The position numbers and the translations under genes are program-made. The notes beneath the pieces were generated by a model. It saw only the letters and a program-made list of their open reading frames with translations. It was not told the DNA's origin and did not search any database. From Candidatus Xenobia bacterium (GTDB lineage Bacteria > Vulcanimicrobiota > Xenobia > Xenobiales > QWHO01), in the NCBI GenBank assembly GCA_045863235.1, contig BTUM01000032.1, positions 15,373 through 79,372 of the forward strand: 64,000 nucleotides of DNA. Reading direction: 5' to 3'. Every line of letters starts with the position of its first letter. The stretch's first letter is position 1. Shown piece by piece: positions 38,109 to 47,471 of this stretch.

Positions 38109-38492
38109 TTGAACGCCAGGAACCTGGTCGCCGCGGTGGCCGGAATCGTGCTCAGCCTGGGGATGGTGGCGCAGGCCGAGCAGGAAGACTATTGCGTCCT
38201 CTCGGTGGACAAGGGCAATGGCACGCTGACCGTGGTCGAGGCCGACGAGTTGTCGATCCGGAATGTAGGGTGCGACCCGGCCAACTACCAGTCGGCTCCC
38301 AAAGTCACCGTCAAGCTGGCCCCGCACACCAATTATATCCAGGCTCACGCGCTCGAGAACGAGCAGGAGCACGATGAATGGTACCATACCGAGGAGGACT
38401 TCCTGTTCAATGTCCGACCGGGGGATCTGATCGAGGTCGAGGGGAATGTTTCCAGTCCTGATCAGATCTGGCTCCACCGCATTCGGTACTGA
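38109..38492 (+). CDS. Small secreted hypothetical protein
   Basis: Signal-like leader ending AQA; TTG start inferred. Confidence 0.55.
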   Translation: MNARNLVAAVAGIVLSLGMVAQAEQEDYCVLSVDKGNGTLTVVEADELSIRNVGCDPANYQSAPKVTVKLAPHTNYIQAHALENEQEHDEWYHTEEDFLFNVRPGDLIEVEGNVSSPDQIWLHRIRY

Positions 38493-38516
38493 CCTTCGAA
38501 ACGGCGGCCAACGCCG

Positions 38517-40085
38517 ATGATCGAGGAAGTCTTCGAGAATCTGGTCGATCAGTTCAGCGATCCCTTTACCTTTTATCGCGAGCTGATTCAGAACGCCATG
38601 GACGCAGGCTCCAATCGCGTCGAGGTTCGGGTGGAGTATCGCCCGGCTGAGCAGCGTGTGGTGGTGGATGTGGTCGACTTCGGCGAGGGGATGAACCAGC
38701 GCATCATCAACACCGAGCTGACCAGGCTGTTCTCTTCCAGCAAAGAAAACGACCTCACCAAAATCGGAAAATTTGGTATCGGCTTCGTGTCGGTTTTTGC
38801 CCTCAACCCTGAAGTTGTGACCGTGGATACGGGCCGCGACGGAGAGTACTGGCGAGTGGTCTTCCAGGGGGGCACCAACTTCGAGTGTCTCAAGCTTGAC
38901 CATCCGGTCGAGGGCACCCGGGTGCGACTCTACAAGAGGCTCCAGGCTGACGAATTCGACCATTTCCTGACCAAGTCGCGGGATACCATCTCGTTCTGGT
39001 GTCGTTTCTCCGATACCGAGGTGCTCTTCAACGGGCTCAAACTGAACGAGCCTCTGGCGGTCGACTCTCCCTGCCAGGTGCGCCATACCCGACCGGGCAC
39101 CGAGCTGGTGGTCGGGGTCACCTCGGTCAAACCTCCTCCTTTCGGGATGTACAATCGCGGTCTGACCCTCAAGGAGGCTGCCCAGGAGTTCTTTCCCGGG
39201 GTTTGCTTCCGCATCAAATCTCGCTATCTCGAGCACACCCTCACCCGTGACAACGTCATTGTCGACGAGAATTACCATAAAGCTTTGAAAATCTTGCGCG
39301 AGTGCGTGCGCAACCATCTGCCCGAGGAGATGTTTGCGCGGATCAAGAGCTGGCTATACGACTCGGCCAGCTTTGACAAGCTCGACGAGCTGCTCGGGGA
39401 GGCCGCCCCTTACCTGAGCAACTACCGCGAAGGCATGGCCAAGAAGTTTCGCACGATGCCGCTCTTTCCCACTCTTCACGGTGCTCCTCTCAGCCTTTCT
39501 CAGCTCCGCTGGGCCAGTTTCTTCGAAGGAGCCGTTTACCTCGAGCTCGAGCCGAACCGGGTCTCCAGTGAGCTGGCCCGGGTCGGAATTCCCGTCTTGA
39601 AGGGGGAGGTCGGCTCGGGGATCGCCCTGGCTGCTCAGGCCGTGACCGGACGGAGTCCCCTGGTCGCTTCTCACTCGGTCGCGGTGCCCATCGTGCGAAC
39701 GCGCCAGGCTGCCCGGCGCGAGCTCAGCCGGCTGGGCGGGGCCATCAAGACCATCTTGAAGCGGGGCAAGGTCAGCATTCAGGAGGTGCGCCTGGCTTCG
39801 TTCGACTACCCGGGCTCGGTGGTGGAGAAGTTGCCAGCCCTCCTTCAGTCGGGAGAGGGCGTCCCCATTCGGCTCTTCGACCGCGGTATCTTGCGCAGTC
39901 TGCGCGTCAAGCCCGGCTTGTTACTGCTCAACGAAAGCCATCCCCTGGTGGCTCGGGCTCTGGCACGCGCCGAGCATACGCCGTTGCTGGCCAGCTTCGT
40001 CCTGGCCAAAGCTGCTCTGCTCAACGACGGATTGTCCAGCGAAACGGAAGCCAGCCTGGTGGGCCAGGCCCTCAAACTGGCGTGA
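38517..40085 (+). CDS. Hsp90/HtpG-like GHKL ATPase
   Basis: FYRELIQNAMDA, D.GEGM, IGKFGIGFVSVF, GTRVRL; C-terminal LNESHPLV. Confidence 0.85.
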   Translation: MIEEVFENLVDQFSDPFTFYRELIQNAMDAGSNRVEVRVEYRPAEQRVVVDVVDFGEGMNQRIINTELTRLFSSSKENDLTKIGKFGIGFVSVFALNPEVVTVDTGRDGEYWRVVFQGGTNFECLKLDHPVEGTRVRLYKRLQADEFDHFLTKSRDTISFWCRFSDTEVLFNGLKLNEPLAVDSPCQVRHTRPGTELVVGVTSVKPPPFGMYNRGLTLKEAAQEFFPGVCFRIKSRYLEHTLTRDNVIVDENYHKALKILRECVRNHLPEEMFARIKSWLYDSASFDKLDELLGEAAPYLSNYREGMAKKFRTMPLFPTLHGAPLSLSQLRWASFFEGAVYLELEPNRVSSELARVGIPVLKGEVGSGIALAAQAVTGRSPLVASHSVAVPIVRTRQAARRELSRLGGAIKTILKRGKVSIQEVRLASFDYPGSVVEKLPALLQSGEGVPIRLFDRGILRSLRVKPGLLLLNESHPLVARALARAEHTPLLASFVLAKAALLNDGLSSETEASLVGQALKLA

Positions 40086-43000
40086 GCCTGCCCCAAGAGA
40101 TCCTTGCGGGGGCCCAGAAGGGCTACAAGGGCTCTTTCACCCTGGCTGTCGAGAAGGCGCGCGAGAAGCTCAAGCGCTTTCAGCTCACCGACCCTCGCTA
40201 CTACATCCTGCAGGTCATCGAGGCCCTGCTGGCTTCCGGGGCGACCGACATCCGAGTTTCTCACGAGGTCGTGCTGAGCGTCGATCTCACGCTCAGCTCG
40301 TACATCCTGGTCATCGAGTTCGATGGGCCTGGCTACACCCGCGAGGAGCTCGAGCAGCTCTATGACTTCCTGTTCATCTCTCAGGCTGACCGACAGCGGG
40401 ATCGGTTGCGCGAGCTGGCTCTCGCCCTGATGAGTTGCCAGGCCCTGCGGCCCACCGTCATCAAGCTCGAGAGTCAGGGGGCCGTCTGGCAGCGCTGCGT
40501 TTCCGACAAGCCGGAAGAGCACCTCAAGGAGCGCGTGCTCGAGCGAGCCACGCAGGCGGGCAGTCGACTCGAGATTCGCGGGCCTGGCAAGGGTAGTGAA
40601 ATCGAGCTGTTGCGGTCTTACTGCACCCTGGTGCAGGTGCCGATCCTGGTGAACGGGGACCAGATCAGCGCCACCCCGAAAAGCTTGACCGGAGTCTGTC
40701 CCTGGCCGAACTATCGCTTTACCCGGGGCCAGCTGAGCGGATGGATCGGTCTGCCCTATGCCGAGATGGCTCGTTCCTCGCTCACCTTCCTGCGCTACGG
40801 GGTGCAGTTTGCCCGGCGGCTCGAGCACCGACTCACTCCCGCCGTTTCGGTCGTGCTCGAGGACCCGCGTATCCGCAAGAATGCCAGCCAGACCGACGTG
40901 GTCGAGGATGACGGCTACTTCGAGGTCCTCCAGGAGGTCCAGCAGGTTCTCTTTGAGTTCGCGCTCGAGTTCAGCCGCAAGTACATCCCCGGCTACCAGC
41001 GCCAGGCAGTGCAGAACTTTCTTTCCCAACTTTTGTGTGACTGGATGAGCCCGGAGGTGCTGCTGTCAGCCGAGCAGGACTCGACTCCCGAGCTTCAGCA
41101 ACTGCTCAACCTGCCTCTGTTCACCGACCGCCTGGGCCAGATGTGGCCCCTCAAGGAGGTGGTGGCTCAGTACCGCAAGGACGGATTCGTGAGCATTTGC
41201 TCGCGGCGGATGCCCCACGCTCACCGGGTCGACTGGTTGGTGCTCAACCCGGGCGCCGATGAACTGAGCTTGCTCAAGTCGCTCTTTGATCGCATTCGCA
41301 ACGTGGACGAGGAGATCAAGCGCATTCAGGCCCTGGGCACCGGGCGAGCCACGCCCGCTCCGGCCCCCAACACCAGTCCGGCGCTGGCCGAGCGGGCCGT
41401 GACCGGGGGGGGGTTTTCCTGCGTTCTGCGCATTCCCAACGACTACCCGGTAGGCTCTCTGGAGCTCTTTTTCCCTGCTCAACAGGGTTGGGTGCGCCAT
41501 ACGGACTACTTCAACGGTCTTTCCATCCAGGTCGAGATCACCGGTCCCTGGCGAGCGGATGCGGTGCGACTGGCCAGAACGGCGGTCGAGGAGAACCATA
41601 TCGAGCTCTATCGGCACCTGCTGGCCCGCCTGCTCAAGAGCCACCGTACTCCCCAGCACCGCCAGCCCATCCTGAGGGCCCTCGAGCACCTGCTGGCTTA
41701 CTGGTCGAGTCTGTTTCCCACGGGCTGGCCAGGGGTGCGCAAGTTCAACGAGCGGGTGATCAGCGCACGGACCGCGGTGGGGGAGGAGATCTGGCAGGCT
41801 CAGGTCTTTGCCACCCGCTCGGGCAGTCTGGTCAGTCTGAATGATATGTCCGTCTGGTTAGGGAGCTTCGAGAGCCTGGCCCTGGCTTACGGGGGACGGC
41901 CCATTGAAGGGGACCACGCGATCGATGGCAGTCCGGCCGTGGCTCGCTTTCTCAGCCTGATCTTCGGTACCGAGCGGATTCAGCGGGTGACGCTGGGCAC
42001 CGCCCTGCTGCCTCAGCGCCAGAAGCAGCGTCTGTTGCCCGGCGCGGCTGAGAACCCGGCCCAGCTCGTGGAGGTAGAGACCGCGGTTGAGGCCGATCCC
42101 GAGTTGGAGGAGATCTCCCTGGACGCGCTGAGAGCGGCCATGGAAGCCGAGATGCCCGCCCCCGAGCCCCCGCCTCCCCCTCCGCAACAGCCGCAGGTGG
42201 AGACAGAAGAGCTGCCTGGACCCGACGAGAGCGACGAGCCCGAGGAGATCCCTCCGTCGGCCGACAGCGAGTCGCTCCCCCCTCCCGAGTTCAGCCCGGT
42301 GCCCGAGCCGGTGCGCACCCAGAGTGAGCAGACGACCACCCTGGTGGCCATCTCTTTCAGTCAGGAAGGCCTGGCCGGCTGGCTTGGCCTGACGGCCCAG
42401 GGCTCGGGCATTGTCAGCGTCTGTCAGGGCGGGCATGAAGTGGCCGGCGGGCCCCTGCTCGAGTTGCCCGTTACCGGCTGGGTGGTGGCGGCGGACAATC
42501 GTTCGCTGGTCGTGGAGAACGGCGTCGTCTTTTGGACCGAGGACCAGGGCGCCGTCTTGCTCGGCCACCTCGAGCGTCTCTATGAGGAACTGGCCCAGTG
42601 GATGGCCGACAAGCACCCGCAGGGGCGCGAGTTCCGACGCGGGCGCGAGCTGTTGGTCCACTTTCTGGGGCGTTTCCCGGATCTGACTCGCAGTCGGCTC
42701 GGGCGCGGTCGCCCCGACGACCCCATCGGCTCGCTCAAGTTCTTGCCGGCGGCCGGGGGAACCTTGAGCTCGTTGGCGACCTTCTATGAGGAGACGCGAA
42801 CTCGAGGCTCCTTACACGTCATTCAAGAGTTCGGGCTCAATCCGGATATGGCCTACCCGGTGGCGGTGGTCGGGCGGACCGTGTCCGAGTCCTTTTACCG
42901 CGAGCTTCTGGGTGTGGAAACCCTGCATCCCTTTCGCGAGTCCGAGCGACCCATCGAGGAGCGCTTTCTTCAGGTGCTGCGCCGAGAGCTTCGCCTTCTG

Positions 43001-43330
43001 CGCGAACGGGGAGACTTTCGTCTATCAGACGAGATTCTGGCGGGGATCGATTGGCAGGCCAACGCGGCCCATTTCGTAGAGCACAACCCGGCCACTCGCA
43101 CCACCGGCCTCGACCTCGAGCACCGTATCGTACGCGAGGTGCTGCGTCGCTTTGATCACGATCGACGTCTTCTGCCCATGTTGCTCAGCTCTCTTTACAC
43201 CGCCATCAATCGGGCTCTGGAGGAAGTGGGCGACGAGGATGAGCTCGAATTTCTGGAGACCCTGCTCGAGGTCTACCCGGATGAGCAGGCTCGCCAGCAG
43301 CGGACCGGGAGTCTTCTGAAAGATTCCTGA
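40082..43330 (+). CDS. Large protein with a degenerate GHKL-like N-terminal domain
   Basis: GTGA overlap with the upstream ATPase; GSFTL..KAREKL..FQL..P.YY.LQ.IE; VPILVNG; C-terminal LDLEHRIV. Confidence 0.7.
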   Translation: MSLPQEILAGAQKGYKGSFTLAVEKAREKLKRFQLTDPRYYILQVIEALLASGATDIRVSHEVVLSVDLTLSSYILVIEFDGPGYTREELEQLYDFLFISQADRQRDRLRELALALMSCQALRPTVIKLESQGAVWQRCVSDKPEEHLKERVLERATQAGSRLEIRGPGKGSEIELLRSYCTLVQVPILVNGDQISATPKSLTGVCPWPNYRFTRGQLSGWIGLPYAEMARSSLTFLRYGVQFARRLEHRLTPAVSVVLEDPRIRKNASQTDVVEDDGYFEVLQEVQQVLFEFALEFSRKYIPGYQRQAVQNFLSQLLCDWMSPEVLLSAEQDSTPELQQLLNLPLFTDRLGQMWPLKEVVAQYRKDGFVSICSRRMPHAHRVDWLVLNPGADELSLLKSLFDRIRNVDEEIKRIQALGTGRATPAPAPNTSPALAERAVTGGGFSCVLRIPNDYPVGSLELFFPAQQGWVRHTDYFNGLSIQVEITGPWRADAVRLARTAVEENHIELYRHLLARLLKSHRTPQHRQPILRALEHLLAYWSSLFPTGWPGVRKFNERVISARTAVGEEIWQAQVFATRSGSLVSLNDMSVWLGSFESLALAYGGRPIEGDHAIDGSPAVARFLSLIFGTERIQRVTLGTALLPQRQKQRLLPGAAENPAQLVEVETAVEADPELEEISLDALRAAMEAEMPAPEPPPPPPQQPQVETEELPGPDESDEPEEIPPSADSESLPPPEFSPVPEPVRTQSEQTTTLVAISFSQEGLAGWLGLTAQGSGIVSVCQGGHEVAGGPLLELPVTGWVVAADNRSLVVENGVVFWTEDQGAVLLGHLERLYEELAQWMADKHPQGREFRRGRELLVHFLGRFPDLTRSRLGRGRPDDPIGSLKFLPAAGGTLSSLATFYEETRTRGSLHVIQEFGLNPDMAYPVAVVGRTVSESFYRELLGVETLHPFRESERPIEERFLQVLRRELRLLRERGDFRLSDEILAGIDWQANAAHFVEHNPATRTTGLDLEHRIVREVLRRFDHDRRLLPMLLSSLYTAINRALEEVGDEDELEFLETLLEVYPDEQARQQRTGSLLKDS

Positions 43331-43567
43331 AAGGCGAAGTTTTGCCAGGACGTAAACCTGGTTACCGGAACTTTAAGGACTCATGCTCGGGCTGTGAACT
43401 GACGGCCTGGTTACAGCACTTTTTGCGATTGGACGCGGTCTGATCCTTGCTATCGCTGTGTTCACACCCCGGCAACATCCAGTTCATCTTCCTTACTTTC
43501 TCCACTCATATAGTGACCGCGGAATTCATCCCCGTCGGGGACAAAAAGAGGAGAGAAAAAAGTCACC

Positions 43568-45904
43568 ATGATGATTCGCGATCTTAGCAGCAATTTCAGC
43601 ACCCAGCGGCCCCAGTCAGCCGGCAAGCCCGATGCGGCTCCGGCTGCGCCGTCGGATACGGCGCAGCTGTCTGGTGCGCGACCAGAAGCCTCGATTAACC
43701 TGGCCTCCGTGCTGGCCGCCACGGCCGCCGAGGCCAACTCGCTCGCCGGCAAGCTGCCCGAGCACGTGGAAGGTGAAGTGCTGGTCAAGCTCAAGCCTGG
43801 AATGGACCTCCAGGGCATGGAGGACTTCGCCTCCACTTACGGCGGCAAGCTGATCGAGAAGATCGCGATGCCCGACAACATGTACAAGTCCTTCGGCGGC
43901 GACCTGCTCCACATCAAGTTGCCGGCCGGTATGAGCACCGCCGAAGCCATGGCCGCCATGGGCAAGGACGACCGCGTGGCCTACGCTGCCTCCAATGACA
44001 TCATGAAGCGCATGGAAGGCACCACCGTGCCCAACGACCTCGACCCGCGCCTCTGGGGCCTCAACAACACCGGTCAGGACGGCGGCACGGCCAACGTCGA
44101 CATCGACGCCCCTGAGGCCTGGAACGTCAGCACCGGCGCCAAGGCCGCCAACGGTGGACCGGTCATCGCGGTCATCGACACGGGCCTGGACTACACCCAC
44201 AACGACCTCAAGAACAACAGCTGGGTCAATGCCGGTGAGATCCCGGGCGACGGTATCGACAACGACGGCAACGGCGTCATCGACGACGTGCACGGCTTCA
44301 ACGCCATCAACGACTCGGGCGACCCGATGGACGACCACGGCCACGGCTCGCACTGCTCCGGCACCATCGGCGGCGAGGGTAACAACGGCGACGGCGTCGT
44401 CGGCGTCAACTGGAACGCCTCCATCATGGGCGTGAAGTTCCTGTCCGCCTCCGGCGGCGGCACCCTGGCCGACGCGGTCAAGGCCATCAGCTACGCCACG
44501 GCCAACGGCGCCCGCATCACCTCCAACTCGTGGGGCGGCGGCGGTTACAACCAGGCCCTCAAGGACGCCCTGGCTGCTTCCCCCGCGCTGCACATCTTCG
44601 CGGCCGGCAACGAGTCCAACGACAACGACGCCAGCCCTGCCTACCCGGCCAGCTACGACCTTCCGAACATCGTGTCCGTGGCTGCCGTCGACCGCAACGG
44701 CAACATCGCTGACTTCTCCAACTGGGGAGCCACCGCGGTCGACCTCGGGGCCCCTGGCGTGGACATCTACTCCTCCATCCCGGGCAACCAGTACGACTCC
44801 TGGAGCGGCACTTCGATGGCGACCCCGCACGTCTCCGGCGTGGCCGGCCTGATCGCCACCGTCTATCCCGACGCCTCCAACGAGCAGATCAAGTCCCGCC
44901 TGATGAACGGCGCTCGCCCGCTGGACTCACTGGCCGGCAAGACCGTCAGCGGCGGCATGCTGAACGCTGCCAACTCGCTGGAGAACGACTCCACGGCTCC
45001 GGCCGCTCCCAACGACCTGCGCGGCACCCGCGCCACCACCAAGTCGGTGGATCTGAGCTGGACCGCCACCGCCGACGACGGCTGGTGCGGCGGCTCGGCT
45101 GCCGGCTACAAGCTGGTCTACTCGGACCGTCCCATCGTCGACGGCCAGGCCAACCAGGGCGAAGTGAGCTTCGACCAGGCTAACCGCGTGGCCACCGGCG
45201 CCGCCAGCGCCACGGGCACCATCGAGGGCGCCACCATCAACGTGACCCCCTCGGGCCAGGAGCGCACGCTCTACGTCGGCCTGAAGGTCTATGACAACGT
45301 GGGCAACCTGTCCGAGATGCGCACCGCCCAGGTGAGCGTCCCGGCCGCCAGCGTGGCCTTCGAGGACAACAAGGACGCCGGCAACTTCACCGCCGAGGGC
45401 GCATGGGCCCAGAGCGAAGTCGAGGGCCGCGGCCTGGTGTGGACCGATAGCCCGAACGGCGAGTATGGCAACAACGAGAACCGTTCCTTGACCTCCAAGC
45501 CGATCGACCTCTCGGCCGTCGCCAACCCGACCATGATGTTCGACGCGAAGTTCGACCTCGAGCGCCGCTACGACTTCGTCCAGGTCGAGGTGTCCGAGGT
45601 GCCGGCCGAGCCGCCCACCCCGCCCACCCCGCCCGAGGACGGCCAGCCGCCCGAGGGTGCCAACGAGCGCCAGTGGACTGAAGTCGCCAAGTTCAACGGA
45701 ACCAGCGATTGGGCCACCCAGAGCATCGACCTGTCGGCCTTCGACGGCAAGAACGTCCAGGTTCGCTTCCGCATCACCTCTGACGGCAGCGTGACCAAGG
45801 ACGGCTTCTCGATGGACAAGCTGGTCGTGGTGGGCGATCCTCGTCCCGCCCCGCCCGCTCCCGAGCCCCCGGCCCCGCCGGCTCCCGAGCCTCCTACCCG
45901 CTAA
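43568..45904 (+). CDS. Subtilisin-like S8 serine protease with prodomain, FN3-like and C-terminal beta domain; no Sec signal peptide
   Basis: VIDTG, HGSHCSG, SGTSMATPHV catalytic triad; DGIDNDGNG..DD calcium loop. Confidence 0.95.
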   Translation: MMIRDLSSNFSTQRPQSAGKPDAAPAAPSDTAQLSGARPEASINLASVLAATAAEANSLAGKLPEHVEGEVLVKLKPGMDLQGMEDFASTYGGKLIEKIAMPDNMYKSFGGDLLHIKLPAGMSTAEAMAAMGKDDRVAYAASNDIMKRMEGTTVPNDLDPRLWGLNNTGQDGGTANVDIDAPEAWNVSTGAKAANGGPVIAVIDTGLDYTHNDLKNNSWVNAGEIPGDGIDNDGNGVIDDVHGFNAINDSGDPMDDHGHGSHCSGTIGGEGNNGDGVVGVNWNASIMGVKFLSASGGGTLADAVKAISYATANGARITSNSWGGGGYNQALKDALAASPALHIFAAGNESNDNDASPAYPASYDLPNIVSVAAVDRNGNIADFSNWGATAVDLGAPGVDIYSSIPGNQYDSWSGTSMATPHVSGVAGLIATVYPDASNEQIKSRLMNGARPLDSLAGKTVSGGMLNAANSLENDSTAPAAPNDLRGTRATTKSVDLSWTATADDGWCGGSAAGYKLVYSDRPIVDGQANQGEVSFDQANRVATGAASATGTIEGATINVTPSGQERTLYVGLKVYDNVGNLSEMRTAQVSVPAASVAFEDNKDAGNFTAEGAWAQSEVEGRGLVWTDSPNGEYGNNENRSLTSKPIDLSAVANPTMMFDAKFDLERRYDFVQVEVSEVPAEPPTPPTPPEDGQPPEGANERQWTEVAKFNGTSDWATQSIDLSAFDGKNVQVRFRITSDGSVTKDGFSMDKLVVVGDPRPAPPAPEPPAPPAPEPPTR

Positions 45905-45917
45905 GAGCAGCGGATTC

Positions 45918-45950
45918 AAAGCCCCCGGTCGTGAGACCGGGGGCTTTTTT
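45918..45950 (+). terminator. Rho-independent terminator of the subtilase gene
   Basis: aaagcccccggtc-gtga-gaccgggggcttt followed by ttt. Confidence 0.9.
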
Positions 45951-45960
45951 GTGGTGGGTC

Positions 45961-45986
45961 ATGTGCTCGCACTTCGGTTTTGCACA
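45961..45986. repeat. 26-nt dispersed intergenic repeat, copy 2
   Basis: atgtgctcgcacttcggttttgcaca. Confidence 0.75.
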
Positions 45987-46003
45987 GGTGGAGCGGCGGC
46001 GCC

Positions 46004-46396
46004 TTAGCGCACTCGGTGCAGCTCGAGGTGAAAGCCCCCCTGTGCCTTCTCGAGCTGGATGTGAAGCCTGTCACCATCTCTGCGGTAGATCAGCCTCTCG
46101 GGGACATCCTGGCGAGCAAACTCCACTTCCTGGTGGGAATGTCGCTCTGGCTTGAAGATCATGGTTTTGTTCTTCTCGGGCAGATAGAGCTTGAGGAACA
46201 AGCCATCGGGTGTCTCCTCGAGCAGCATGAACTCCTTGTGGACTGTCTGGCCGTTCTCGACGGCCCGGGAGGTGCCCAGCATGGTTCCACCCAGGGCCGA
46301 TCCCCAGGATTCCTCGAAGCCCTGACCTTGCCATTCCCCCGTGAGAAAGCTCAGGTCGGCGAGCGTCTGGGCCCGGGCCGAGAGGCTGAGCAGCAA
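46004..46396 (-). CDS. DUF6265-like secreted protein
   Basis: LSFLTGEW, EESW, MLG, E.., P.RL.Y pattern; start uncertain. Confidence 0.6.
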   Translation of the reverse strand: MLLSLSARAQTLADLSFLTGEWQGQGFEESWGSALGGTMLGTSRAVENGQTVHKEFMLLEETPDGLFLKLYLPEKNKTMIFKPERHSHQEVEFARQDVPERLIYRRDGDRLHIQLEKAQGGFHLELHRVR

Positions 46397-46407
46397 GACC
46401 AGCAGGA

Positions 46408-47388
46408 TCAGCCGAATAGCTTGCTCACCGACAGGTTGAAGTAGTTGCGCCGAATGGCCTCGCCCAGCAGAGCGTCTACGCTCAGCACGGTGATCTTGCC
46501 CTGGCGGGCCGAGGAAGGCACCGGAATGGTGTCGGTCACCACCAGCTCCTTCACGCGCGAACTCTCGATGATGTTGATGGCGTCTCCAGCCAGCACCGGG
46601 TGGGTGGCGGCCGCGTAGACTTCGCGCGCGCCCAGGTTGAGCAGCGTGTCCACAGCCGCCGAGAGGGTTCCGCCGGTGGAGATGATGTCGTCAATGATCA
46701 GGCAGGTGCGGCCCTCGATCTCACCCACGATCTCGGTCACCTCGGCCTTGTCCGGCTCGGGGCGGCGCTTGAAGATGATGGCCAGGCCGCAATCGAGCCG
46801 CTCGGCGTAAGCCCGGGCCCGATTCACGCCGCCGGCGTCGGGTGAAACCACCACCAGCTCTTCGCGCTTGAGGTTCTTGCGGTGGAAGTATTCCACCAGG
46901 ATCGGCATGGCGTACAGGTTGTCCACCGGGATGTCGAAGAAGCCCTGAATGGCACCCGCGTGGAGGTCGATGGTGATGACCCGGTCGGCTCCGGCGGTGG
47001 TGATCAGGTTGGAAACCAGCTTGGCGGTAATGGGCTCGCGCCCTGAAGTCTTGCGCTCCTGCCGGGCATAGCCGAAGTAGGGGATGACGGCCGTGATGGT
47101 GCGCGCCGAGGCCCGCGAGAGGGCGTCGATCATGATCAACAGCTCCATCAGGGTGTCGTTGACGTTTCCGCAGGTGGGCTGGATGACGTAAGCCTCCGCC
47201 CCGCGCACGTTCTCTTCGATGCGCACGCGCGTCTCGCCATTGGTGAAGCGCCCTACCAGGGCGCTGCCCAGCGGCAGCCCCAGATACCGCGCGATAGCCT
47301 GCGCCAGTCGCGGATTGGCGTTGCCTGTGAAGAGAACGATGTTCTCGTTTTCCAGGGTCGGTTGGGCTGCTTCCTCGAGCACCAGCAT
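46408..47388 (-). CDS. prs: Ribose-phosphate pyrophosphokinase
   Basis: PYFGYARQ, DLHA, VSPDAGG, DDIISTGGT. Confidence 0.97.
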   Translation of the reverse strand: MLVLEEAAQPTLENENIVLFTGNANPRLAQAIARYLGLPLGSALVGRFTNGETRVRIEENVRGAEAYVIQPTCGNVNDTLMELLIMIDALSRASARTITAVIPYFGYARQERKTSGREPITAKLVSNLITTAGADRVITIDLHAGAIQGFFDIPVDNLYAMPILVEYFHRKNLKREELVVVSPDAGGVNRARAYAERLDCGLAIIFKRRPEPDKAEVTEIVGEIEGRTCLIIDDIISTGGTLSAAVDTLLNLGAREVYAAATHPVLAGDAINIIESSRVKELVVTDTIPVPSSARQGKITVLSVDALLGEAIRRNYFNLSVSKLFG

Positions 47389-47471
47389 GGCAGGGCCTCC
47401 CGCATCGTCTCGTAAGCCGCCGGCTTGTTCGGCCGGATGGATCGCGAGTCCTCCAGGTAGAGTCGATGAAT

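Noticed and set aside
36071..38377. 768-aa plus-strand ORF
   Set aside because: Antisense shadow of the 36104-37927 gene and out of frame with the real downstream gene.
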